From assembly GCA_965227295.1 (NCBI GenBank), contig OZ245742.1, forward strand, positions 4,544,001-4,608,000: a stretch of DNA of 64,000 bases, read 5' to 3'. The stretch is from Leptonemataceae bacterium (GTDB lineage: Bacteria > Spirochaetota > Leptospiria > Leptospirales > Leptonemataceae). The notes below the pieces were generated by a model. It had not been told where the DNA came from. It ran no database searches and saw only the letters and a program-made list of their open reading frames with translations. A program made the position numbers and the translations under genes. This document shows positions 1 through 6,665 of this stretch, piece by piece. Within the stretch, counting starts at the first letter, position 1; the number at the start of each line of letters is the position of its first letter.

Positions 1-998
1 TCCGGAATCTTAGAGAAGATCGCATCTTAGAAGCAACTCAGATGCGGAAGATTATCTACTCCCATGACGAACTAAAGCTCTTTTCCCCAAATACTTGCCC
101 CTACTGCCTTCGAGAAATCGACAGAAACGCCGGTGCGTGCGTCTGTGGGAAGCCTATCAATGAAGAGGACTACGAAAAATTCTTTTACGATCGCGAGGAA
201 TATCTGGATATCTTGAAGGCGAAGCAAAAGTCCATAGAAACAATTGAGATAGCGATCGAATCAGTATCAAAGGACCTGAAAGCGACGGAGGGGCAACTAA
301 GAAACATAGATGAATTAATAAAAGGAAGCTCAACCGAAATCGAAAACTTGTCACGAGACATCGAAACGGGAATTGACCTATCTGCATTCAATGAGATTGA
401 AAACAAGCTTCTGGGAGTCCGCTCTGAAATACAAGACCTACAAAAGGACTTAGAACTCAGAACACAGCAGGACATCATCGAGAAAGAACACGAGGAAAAT
501 GAAAATGAGTATAAACGACTGCTCGCCGCAAGCAAGAGTTTAGAACTAGAGGCAGCACAGGCCATGGAAGAAATACTTGAAATATTTTCCAAAAAATACA
601 AGGAACTGATCCGCTCATCTCTGCCAGAAGTAAATACGGCCGCAATTCAAGAGGATTACATGCCTGTCATAGATGGCGGAATATATAAACAAGCAAGCTC
701 GGCCGTACCACGCCGACTCCTCTATTACTTCGCCCTACTTCACATTTCGCTACAGCATCCTACCGTGCTCTTCCCACGTTTACTGATTATCGACACACCA
801 GAGAACCTCGGGATAGACTATGACGTATTTATGGACACGCTTCAGGCACTAGAGGCTGTCATCCCCGCCGGCAAAGAAGAACAATATCAAGTAATTCTGT
901 CCACAGGAGTTAATAAATATCCAGAGTCATATGCAGAGTATGTCTTCGAGAGTCTGTCCACGGACAATCGCCTACTTAAAGAAGTAGGGCCTGAATAG
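1..998 (+). CDS. C-terminal part of an SMC/Rad50-like coiled-coil ABC ATPase (Lamassu LmuB / ABC three-component type); 5' end lies outside the window
   Basis: Frame is open upstream of ATG 42 back to the window start. CPYC...CVCG zinc-hook-like motif, long coiled coil, SSA signature-like motif, Walker B LLIIDTP, QVILSTG. Lower GC than the host genes. Confidence 0.65.
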   Translation, partial: RNLREDRILEATQMRKIIYSHDELKLFSPNTCPYCLREIDRNAGACVCGKPINEEDYEKFFYDREEYLDILKAKQKSIETIEIAIESVSKDLKATEGQLRNIDELIKGSSTEIENLSRDIETGIDLSAFNEIENKLLGVRSEIQDLQKDLELRTQQDIIEKEHEENENEYKRLLAASKSLELEAAQAMEEILEIFSKKYKELIRSSLPEVNTAAIQEDYMPVIDGGIYKQASSAVPRRLLYYFALLHISLQHPTVLFPRLLIIDTPENLGIDYDVFMDTLQALEAVIPAGKEEQYQVILSTGVNKYPESYAEYVFESLSTDNRLLKEVGPE

Positions 999-1005
999 AA
1001 TCAAG

Positions 1006-1746
1006 GTGTGTACCCGTCTTATCGAAGCGATCGACGGCGCCGTGGCTACGCTTCAATTTACCGGAGCCTACGCCGAACGTCTCGGCCGCCTCTTCGAGGG
1101 GGCGATGACTCAGCAAGCGTCGAATTTCAAATCGGACCAGAAGTATATCCGGTTGAAGTGCGAAAGCCTGGATCAGCAGATCCGGCGGTTATACAGAGAA
1201 TACGCGGCCAGCGAACCAGCCGCCGCGCGGCAGATCATGGAAACCATCCGCGAAATGCAGGATGAAATCAAGACGCTGGAGAAAAAAGGCCAGAGCCTGC
1301 GCGCGGAAGACTTCGAGATCAACAACACCATCCTGCGATACATTGAAGAACTGCGGACGATTCCGGAAAAGTATCTGGCGGCGCGGACCACTGCGGAGAA
1401 AGCGAAACTTCTGCGAAACATGGTGCGCGCGATCTACGTGGACGGCGACGAGGTCATTTTCGACTGGCAAGAGCCGTATGCCTTCCTGGCGGACGAAGGC
1501 ATCTATCTGGCACTCACGAAACCGCGCGGGGGCTGGAAGAGCGGTGGTAAGCTCGCGGCGCAGCGCGCCGCCGCGAGCTTACCACCGCACACCCCGCAAA
1601 TGTCAGGGTGTTCGATTCCGTTTACTTCTGCGGAGCCAGCGAAACGCAGATCGAAAAAGCTGTCCGTGGAAGCGGAGATCGCCGCGCATATCCGGCTGAT
1701 GTTTCGGTTCTGGATGGCCGGCAAGAAACTTGCTGCCCACGGCTGA
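1006..1746 (+). pseudogene. Probable C-terminal fragment of a large serine recombinase, fused to the repeat-arm terminus
   Basis: Coiled coil followed by EKAKLLRNMVRAIYVDGDEVIFDW resembles serine integrase C-termini. No catalytic N-terminal domain. The last ~40 codons come from the repeated arm that starts at 1626. Confidence 0.5.
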
Positions 1747-2329
1747 ATTTGTGGCCACAAAGGCGGAGCATTTGTCGAGGCGCGTGGTGCGGTCGGCGGG
1801 AGTTTACCATGGTAAAATCTTTGGCTGACCCGGGCGTGGATCTCGTACCGGTACGGGGCGTGGGGTTGTGGTGGCCTCGCGCTACGCGCGAGTCTTCGAA
1901 GGTAGGTCCGCGGAAATCAGCCTGCCGGCGAGCGCCGCGCGCCTCGACAAATGCGTGGGGCGTGTGGCCACAGAGAACGGACGCGATCAGCGGAGCGATC
2001 ACGGAAAGAACTCACGGAAAGAACTCACGGAAAGAGGGCAAACATCACATGAGATATTGTTAGAGATTAAAGCACCAGGTGCCGCTGAAATCGAGTCCAC
2101 CTGGCAAGAACCCAACTGGATTATATATACGTCAATCGCGGCGACCAAAGACGTCCACGCTAACATATCTCGGCCGAACTCTAACCCCCGCCGCCCAGGT
2201 CGTGTCGTTTTTCTGGACAATCAAGGGAGTTCGAATTTCACGGCCAGCGCCGAGATCCCGCCGCGCACATCGTCGGTAATGCATCTGTGTATTTTGTGTG
2301 CGACGTCACGAAACCGCCGTACATAAATA

Positions 2330-2373
2330 GCGCGTGCAGGCGAAAACCCACCGGGTCTTCGCCTGCACGCGCG
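2330..2373. terminator. Strong GC hairpin after the three-gene arm operon (mirror copy near 7980-8022)
   Basis: GCGCGTGCAGGCGAA...TTCGCCTGCACGCGC, directly after the stop codon. Confidence 0.65.
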
Positions 2374-2379
2374 CGAACG

Positions 2380-2712
2380 TCACCAGCTCCAGCCGATTTC
2401 CTTTAACTGCTCCTTTTCTTCGGCTACGTCTTCTAACAGGTGGTCGGCGATCCGTTGCCAGTCCACTTTTTCGATGGCCCCCTGGAGTAACTCGCGCAAC
2501 AGTTCGGGAAGTTCGAGCCTGTGCAGATACTCCCGGTGACGATCTCTCAAGTGCGTGGCGAGTTGTTCTTCCTCGCCGTCACGAACACAATCGCAGGCAA
2601 TGCCCATAAACAAATCGTTGGTCGCCGTGTCTTTGTACATGCGCTCAGACACACACCACGTTTCGTAGTTGCCCCAACCGCAATAGTATTCGTTACTCCT
2701 TCCAGCCGTCAT
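2380..2712 (-). CDS. Phage/plasmid-type hypothetical protein (YxGWxNYETW motif), left-arm copy
   Basis: 110 aa with YCGWGNYETW and VDWQRIADHL motifs typical of small phage/plasmid proteins. Confidence 0.65.
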   Translation of the reverse strand: MTAGRSNEYYCGWGNYETWCVSERMYKDTATNDLFMGIACDCVRDGEEEQLATHLRDRHREYLHRLELPELLRELLQGAIEKVDWQRIADHLLEDVAEEKEQLKEIGWSW

Positions 2713-2896
2713 CGCAGAGGACCTTCTCCGGCTCTTTGCCGATCAATTCCCGGAGCGGCGGACGCTTACGCAGGTCCGCCGCAATGAGATTGCGAATGTG
2801 CTGTGCCGTGTTCGCGAAGCGCGTGCGCAATTCGTAGCGCATGTCTTCGCTGATGCCGACCAGATACTGAACTGATTTTCTTCCCGGGTCTTTCAT
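2693..2896 (-). CDS. Small protein, possibly ribbon-helix-helix DNA-binding, left-arm copy
   Basis: MKDPGRKSVQYLVGISEDMRYELRTRFANTAQHIRNLIAADL; ATGA overlap with the upstream stop; AGGAGG SD. Confidence 0.55.
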   Translation of the reverse strand: MKDPGRKSVQYLVGISEDMRYELRTRFANTAQHIRNLIAADLRKRPPLRELIGKEPEKVLCDDGWKE

Positions 2897-3366
2897 GCTT
2901 CGGCCTCCTGGTCCAGGTCGTCGAAGAGCGGGTAGAAACGAGTGCTTTTCGGCGCTCCCAGGTAACACGCGCGGCGGAGTTCCTGGTCCCACTCGCAAGC
3001 GACCTGTTGAAGTTCGAGAAACACTTCTCGATTTACTTTTAAGAGGGAATTCAGCCGGGACGGCTGCGGTACCTTCACCGGGGTGTAGACCTCTTTGAAT
3101 TCACCGGTAGTTTCACTGGCGAGCAGAAACGGAAACCACTCATTGTCCGCCGTGATTTCGAACTGCATTTCGCGAGCGCACAGCCAGCGGCCGTTTGCTT
3201 GCTTGATGAACTGCGAAACGCCCAGGGCGGGGCGAGCGGTTGGACCCTCTCCCAGAAACTCGATGACGAGCAGCGGGTATTCTTCGTGCTCCACGCGGAT
3301 GGACTCGCACTGCTTGAGCGCTTCCATGCCTTCGTGACTGACGATGATTTTCTGAATTGTTTCCAT
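2893..3366 (-). CDS. Hypothetical mobile-element protein (DUF6908-like), left-arm copy
   Basis: 157 aa, GGAGG Shine-Dalgarno, LVIEFLGEGP...EMQFEI pattern; identical to 6986-7459. Confidence 0.7.
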   Translation of the reverse strand: METIQKIIVSHEGMEALKQCESIRVEHEEYPLLVIEFLGEGPTARPALGVSQFIKQANGRWLCAREMQFEITADNEWFPFLLASETTGEFKEVYTPVKVPQPSRLNSLLKVNREVFLELQQVACEWDQELRRACYLGAPKSTRFYPLFDDLDQEAEA

Positions 3367-3527
3367 GTGATAGATTCCTCCGGGGGAAGGCTAAACACAC
3401 GGCGGCATACTGCAAGTTTAAACTCAAGGAAAGTTAATTTTTTGCTGACAAAAGCCCGGAGACATGCTAACATCACGAAATGTTACTCTAGTAAATGTCG
3501 ATGCACGAGGTCGCCCGCTTCTCTCTT

Positions 3528-3600
3528 TCAGGGGTGCGGGATTCGAACCCACTTCCCGGGGGACACAGTCCCGGATGTTAGCCGCATACACCAACCCCTA
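3528..3600 (-). tRNA. tRNA-His(GTG), atypical (no G-1/C73)
   Basis: Cloverleaf with anticodon loop CTGTGTC and GGTTCGAATCC T-arm. Confidence 0.75.
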
Positions 3601-3605
3601 TTGAA

Positions 3606-3679
3606 AATCCCGGCGAGGACTCGAACCCCGATCGACGGGGATAGAAGCCCCGTGCTTTTTCCCGTTAAGCTACCGGGAT
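3606..3679 (-). tRNA. tRNA-Arg(TCT)
   Basis: Anticodon arm CGGGG-CTTCTAT-CCCCG; T-loop TTCGAGT. Confidence 0.85.
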
Positions 3680-3682
3680 ACT

Positions 3683-3755
3683 TCGAAGCGGCTGGAATCG
3701 AACCAACACCAACGGCATATCAGAGCGTCGTTCTCAACCGTTAAACTACGCTTCG
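3683..3755 (-). tRNA. tRNA-Ile(GAT)
   Basis: Loop CTGATAT; acceptor CGAAGCG/CGCTTCG; one mismatch in the anticodon stem. Confidence 0.8.
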
Positions 3756-3759
3756 TATG

Positions 3760-3830
3760 CACCACGTAGGGGAGTCGAACCCCTGCTACTCGATCGACAA
3801 TCGGGCGTTCTACCGTTAAACTAATGCGGC
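3760..3830 (-). tRNA. tRNA-Asp(GTC)
   Basis: Loop TTGTCGA; T-loop TTCGACT; G discriminator. Confidence 0.8.
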
Positions 3831-3836
3831 AAACTG

Positions 3837-3910
3837 TAGGGCCCGCGGGACTCGAACCCGCAATCTCCAGATTCGTAATCTGATGCCTTGATCCATTTGG
3901 CCAGGGCCCT
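3837..3910 (-). tRNA. tRNA-Arg(ACG)
   Basis: TCAGA-TTACGAA-TCTGG arm. Confidence 0.88.
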
Positions 3911-3913
3911 GTG

Positions 3914-3987
3914 TTGGACTTGCAGGACTCGAACCTGCGGCCTTCCGCCTCGGAAGCGGGTGCTCTTTCCCTCTGAGCTAAAGTCCA
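3914..3987 (-). tRNA. tRNA-Arg(CCG)
   Basis: CCGC-TTCCGAG-GCGG arm. Confidence 0.85.
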
Positions 3988-3990
3988 GTG

Positions 3991-4061
3991 TGGAGCCGGT
4001 GGGAATCGAACCCACATCTGTTGCTTGCAAAACAAAGATTCTCCCGTTAAACTACGGCCCC
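3991..4061 (-). tRNA. tRNA-Ala(TGC)
   Basis: Loop TTTGCAA; G3:U70 alanine identity pair present. Confidence 0.85.
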
Positions 4062-4064
4062 GTG

Positions 4065-4138
4065 TACGGGCTGCTGGATTCGAACCAGCGATCTCCTGTT
4101 TGTAAGACAGGCGTTCTGACCTGCTAAACTAAGCCCGT
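4065..4138 (-). tRNA. tRNA-Val(TAC)
   Basis: CCTGT-CTTACAA-ACAGG arm. Confidence 0.9.
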
Positions 4139-4141
4139 GTG

Positions 4142-4213
4142 TTGCGGCGAAAGGAATTGAACCTCCGTAGGACGGGTTATGAGCCCGTTGCATCGCCACT
4201 ATGCTACACCGCA
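4142..4213 (-). tRNA. tRNA-Met(CAT), initiator-like
   Basis: ACGGG-CTCATAA-CCCGT with three consecutive G-C pairs; weak U1-A72 pair. Confidence 0.8.
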
Positions 4214-4219
4214 ATGTTT

Positions 4220-4294
4220 TGCCCGGTGCATGGATTCGAACCTGCAACCAGCGGTTTACAAAACCGCCGCTCTAACCATTGGAGCTAACCGGGC
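4220..4294 (-). tRNA. tRNA-Thr(TGT)
   Basis: GCGGT-TTTGTAA-ACCGC arm. Confidence 0.9.
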
Positions 4295-4297
4295 GTG

Positions 4298-4369
4298 TGC
4301 ATCAGCAGGGAATCGAACCCTGATGATCTGCTTGGAAGACAGACATGTTGGCCGTTACATCACTGATGC
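4298..4369 (-). tRNA. tRNA-Gly(TCC)
   Basis: TCTGT-CTTCCAA-GCAGA arm. Confidence 0.88.
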
Positions 4370-4373
4370 GTAT

Positions 4374-4447
4374 TCGTCGGGTTCGGGATCGAACCGAATT
4401 CTCTCGCTTTTCAGGCGAGCGCTCATGACCACACCTGCTCCCCGACG
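4374..4447 (-). tRNA. tRNA-Phe(GAA)
   Basis: CTCGC-CTGAAAA-GCGAG arm; weak D-arm. Confidence 0.8.
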
Positions 4448-4504
4448 TTCGTCTTGTTCTTCTTAAAGTCACTTTCGCTCATATTTACTCCTTAGTGCGA
4501 AATG

Positions 4505-4576
4505 TGGGTCCGGTGGGATTCGAACCCACGGCCATCCGATTAAAAGTCGGATGCTCTACCCCCGAGCTCCGGACCC
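4505..4576 (-). tRNA. tRNA-Lys(TTT)
   Basis: TCCGA-CTTTTAA-TCGGA arm. Confidence 0.9.
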
Positions 4577-4641
4577 GCTATTCTCTAAATGTCTTCTTGT
4601 CATCTTCGCTCTTCATGGCGTATCTCCTGTTGCTTATGATG

Positions 4642-4714
4642 TGCACCGCAAGAGACTCGAACTCTTCCCTGCTGCATGGCACACAGCTATGCTTGCCACT
4701 AACACCAGCGATGC
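4642..4714 (-). tRNA. tRNA-Gly(GCC)
   Basis: GCTGT-GTGCCAT-GCAGC arm. Confidence 0.8.
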
Positions 4715-4723
4715 GTTTAAACG

Positions 4724-4757
4724 AAAAAACCCTCCAGGGAGTCGGCCGGGGAGGGTT
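4724..4757 (-). terminator. Attenuator terminator of tRNA block 4
   Basis: AACCCTCC...GGAGGGTT followed by TTTT on the minus strand, directly before tRNA-Gly. Confidence 0.85.
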
Positions 4758-4784
4758 CTTCATGAATGCGTTTGCAGATTCTTC

Positions 4785-4901
4785 TCAGCAACGCATGCGC
4801 AGAACTCCTCCGGCGATCCGGCCGTCCTTATGGCCCGCATCGATCCGCATCCCGATAAATCGGGCGGTTCTCACAACCGTTGCTGTTACTGTTAAGCTCA
4901 T
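4785..4901 (-). CDS. Leader peptide of block 4, MSLTVTATVVRTARFIGMRIDAGHKDGRIAGGVLRMRC
   Basis: Codons 4-33 use only the 11 amino acids of the downstream tRNAs. Only synonymous changes in copy B (13977-14093). Confidence 0.85.
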   Translation of the reverse strand: MSLTVTATVVRTARFIGMRIDAGHKDGRIAGGVLRMRC

Positions 4902-4951
4902 GATAGAATACTCAGACGAATCCCTTGTTAAATTTCTTATAAAAATATCTT

Positions 4952-5023
4952 TGCCGACGCAGGGAATCGAAACCTGATTACCGCAGTGAAAGTGCGAGGT
5001 CCTTGCCTTTAGACGACGCCGGC
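4952..5023 (-). tRNA. tRNA-Glu(TTC)
   Basis: Loop CTTTCAC; T-stem imperfect in copy A and intact in copy B. Confidence 0.8.
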
Positions 5024-5119
5024 GATTTGAGTTGAAACGTAGTTAGGTCCACGTTCCCGTTCTCGCGGCATCGCTCCAGCTGACACGTATGTACGTCCTG
5101 CGCGGTTCATTATACTATG

Positions 5120-5190
5120 AGACATGGGTGGGATTCGAACCCACGTAAACGGCTTTGCAGACCGCCCGCTGGCCTCTCGCGCACCATGTC
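5120..5190 (-). tRNA. tRNA-Cys(GCA)
   Basis: GCGGT-CTGCAAA-GCCGT arm; U discriminator. Confidence 0.88.
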
Positions 5191-5285
5191 GGGTTTACTC
5201 TGGCTTGCGGCGGTCGGTAACATCGTTCTCTGTCTTCCATATCTCCCTCATAACACTTGAAAAATAAGCAAAATGCCCATAAACG

Positions 5286-5319
5286 AAAAAAGGCGAGCCG
5301 TTGATCCGGGCTCGCCTTT
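5286..5319 (-). terminator. Attenuator terminator of tRNA block 3
   Basis: AAAGGCGAGCC...GGCTCGCCTTTTTT. Confidence 0.88.
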
Positions 5320-5343
5320 CGCATCCAGCAGGTTACACTGAAT

Positions 5344-5451
5344 CTAAGACGAGCGCATGACTCCCTGAAACACATCACGCTCACAACCCGCATGAATCAT
5401 GCCGGCCTTCGCGAGGTCTCGTTCCGTTCTATGTTGGCGCTTCGGCGACAT
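5344..5451 (-). CDS. Leader peptide of block 3, MSPKRQHRTERDLAKAGMIHAGCERDVFQGVMRSS (alternative start 5400)
   Basis: Adjacent Cys-Glu codons; the stop overlaps GCTCGTCTT, which complements the terminator 5' arm; frame conserved in copy B (13375-13482). Confidence 0.65.
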   Translation of the reverse strand: MSPKRQHRTERDLAKAGMIHAGCERDVFQGVMRSS

Positions 5452-5531
5452 TCCGTTTCCTGAATACTTACTTGGTATTCGACGTCAACAACTTCATAAA
5501 GATTTAAATATTTTTTTCATGGAACTCAATG

Positions 5532-5604
5532 TTCCGGGAGATGGATTCGAACCATCAACCCCCGACTTCAAAGGCCGGTGTTCTACCCGTTGAACTACCC
5601 CGGA
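5532..5604 (-). tRNA. tRNA-Gln(TTG)
   Basis: CCGGC-CTTTGAA-GTCGG arm. Confidence 0.88.
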
Positions 5605-5612
5605 ATGAGTTG

Positions 5613-5684
5613 CACCGGAGGCAGGACTCGAACCTGCATAGAACGCATTAACATTGCGTCGCCTTACCATTAGGCTACTCCGGT
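5613..5684 (-). tRNA. tRNA-Asn(GTT)
   Basis: ACGCA-ATGTTAA-TGCGT arm. Confidence 0.88.
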
Positions 5685-5688
5685 ATTC

Positions 5689-5766
5689 TGGCAGAGGGAA
5701 CAGGATTCGAACCTGTGAACATCGGATTTGGAGTCCGACAGCTTGGACCGCTCGACTCATCCCTCT
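5689..5766 (-). tRNA. tRNA-Trp(CCA), with encoded 3' CCA
   Basis: TCGGA-CTCCAAA-TCCGA arm. Confidence 0.88.
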
Positions 5767-5769
5767 ATG

Positions 5770-5842
5770 TCGGCGTGGTGGGACTTGAACCCACGACCCC
5801 CGGTTCCCGAAACCGGTGCTCTACACCCTGAGCTATACGCCG
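5770..5842 (-). tRNA. tRNA-Pro(CGG)
   Basis: CCGGT-TTCGGGA-ACCGG arm; C1-G72, A73. Confidence 0.9.
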
Positions 5843-5845
5843 GAT

Positions 5846-5882
5846 AATAAAAAACCCCCTCAAGCTTCCGCCGGAGGGGGTT
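5846..5882 (-). terminator. Attenuator terminator of tRNA block 2
   Basis: AACCCCCTC...GAGGGGGTTTTTTATT. Confidence 0.88.
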
Positions 5883-5911
5883 CTCGCGCAAACGCGCTGT
5901 TGCTCAGAGCA

Positions 5912-5983
5912 CTACACGACCACCTCCAGGCAGATGCCGGGATTCTGTTGGGGCCAGTTGCTCTGTGGGAAAAACATGCTCAT
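5912..5983 (-). CDS. Leader peptide of block 2, MSMFFPQSNWPQQNPGICLEVVV
   Basis: PQSNWPQQNP control run matches the Pro/Trp/Asn/Gln tRNAs. Copy B (12689-12754) is 6 nt shorter at the 5' end with the frame preserved. Confidence 0.88.
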   Translation of the reverse strand: MSMFFPQSNWPQQNPGICLEVVV

Positions 5984-6087
5984 CACGTTTACCTGAAGTT
6001 AAGAGACGACGGTTTTCGAGAAATCCTTAACGAAAATATATTTTTTGGAACGAAAGCTTCGCTTTGCCTCGTCTCATCTACCGTATC

Positions 6088-6156
6088 ATGAACGGTATGT
6101 TACTATCATCGCTGTATCTTCTCAGCTCCGGCGGCATGCGGGAGGCGGCGATGTAG
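6088..6156 (+). CDS. Leader peptide of block 1, MNGMLLSSLYLLSSGGMREAAM (alternative start 6097)
   Basis: Ten consecutive Leu/Ser/Tyr codons, all different; identical in copy B (12516-12584, minus strand). Confidence 0.9.
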   Translation: MNGMLLSSLYLLSSGGMREAAM

Positions 6157-6184
6157 TACGCGCAGACAGTTTTCTGTCTTCGAG

Positions 6185-6224
6185 AAGCCCCTCCCGGTGA
6201 ACCCGCGAGGGGCTTTTTGTTTTT
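6185..6224 (+). terminator. Attenuator terminator of tRNA block 1
   Basis: AAGCCCCTC...GAGGGGCTT followed by TTTGTTTTT. Confidence 0.88.
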
Positions 6225-6228
6225 AAAC

Positions 6229-6315
6229 GCGCTGCTTTCCTCCTGCCGGTCTGTAAAGCCGGGGTCGTTAAACGAGGAGGTCGGGAGACGAGAGGTTCAA
6301 ATCCTCGGCAGCGCA
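6229..6315 (+). tRNA. tRNA-Tyr(GTA)-like RNA lacking a normal D-arm
   Basis: Acceptor GCGCTGCT/GGCAGCGC; arm CCGGT-CTGTAAA-GCCGG; T-arm GAGG-TTCAAAT-CCTC. Confidence 0.65.
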
Positions 6316-6319
6316 TACT

Positions 6320-6403
6320 GGATAGATGCCCGAGTGGTAAGGGACCCGTTTCGAAAACGGAGGTCGGCGGTTCGTCGCGTGGGTTCGATTCCTACTCTAT
6401 CCG
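6320..6403 (+). tRNA. tRNA-Ser(CGA)
   Basis: Loop TTCGAAA, long variable arm, G73. Confidence 0.88.
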
Positions 6404-6409
6404 CATTAC

Positions 6410-6493
6410 GGAGGGATGACCGAGTGGTAAGGTATCCGGTTGGAAGCCGGTGGTCATCGATGAGATGCGAAGGTTCGATTCCTTCTCCCTCCG
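6410..6493 (+). tRNA. tRNA-Ser(GGA)
   Basis: Loop TTGGAAG, long variable arm, G73. Confidence 0.88.
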
Positions 6494-6499
6494 AGAAAT

Positions 6500-6584
6500 G
6501 GAACAGTGGCCGAGAGGTAAGGCAGCGGTCCGCTAAACCGTGGTCGTCGTAACAGACGCGGAGGTTCGATTCCTCCCTGTTCCG
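6500..6584 (+). tRNA. tRNA-Ser(GCT)
   Basis: GCGGT-CCGCTAA-ACCGT arm (C33), long variable arm. Confidence 0.85.
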
Positions 6585-6587
6585 CAG

Positions 6588-6662
6588 CGAGCGATAGCCC
6601 AATCAGGCAGAGGCAGTCGACTTAAAATCGGCAGAGTGCGGGTTCGATTCCCGCTCGCTCAA
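6588..6662 (+). tRNA. tRNA-Leu(TAA), short variable loop
   Basis: GTCGA-CTTAAAA-TCGGC arm. Confidence 0.82.
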
Positions 6663-6665
6663 AAC

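Larger units (their letters stand above)
1626..3514. repeat. Left inverted-repeat arm of tRNA array A
   Basis: Reverse complement of 6838-11495 once the intron, the VNTR expansion and a ~190-bp indel are removed. The ORFs in the two arms encode identical proteins (coordinate sums 10352). Confidence 0.95.

Noticed and set aside
5115..5393. 92-aa Cys-containing ORF (MRVVSVMCFRESC...) as the block 3 leader
   Set aside because: It runs through the terminator and tRNA-Cys. The alternative frame stops exactly at the antiterminator segment and fits better, though this frame is not fully excluded.
4724..6224. T-box riboswitches as the explanation for the leaders
   Set aside because: No T-box consensus (AAnnAGGGTGGnACCGCG) or stem I motifs seen; codon-matched ORFs are present instead.
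3199..6602. Numerous 60-180 aa ORFs across the tRNA array (and their copy B equivalents)
   Set aside because: They overlap clear cloverleaf genes and terminators and have no protein motifs.
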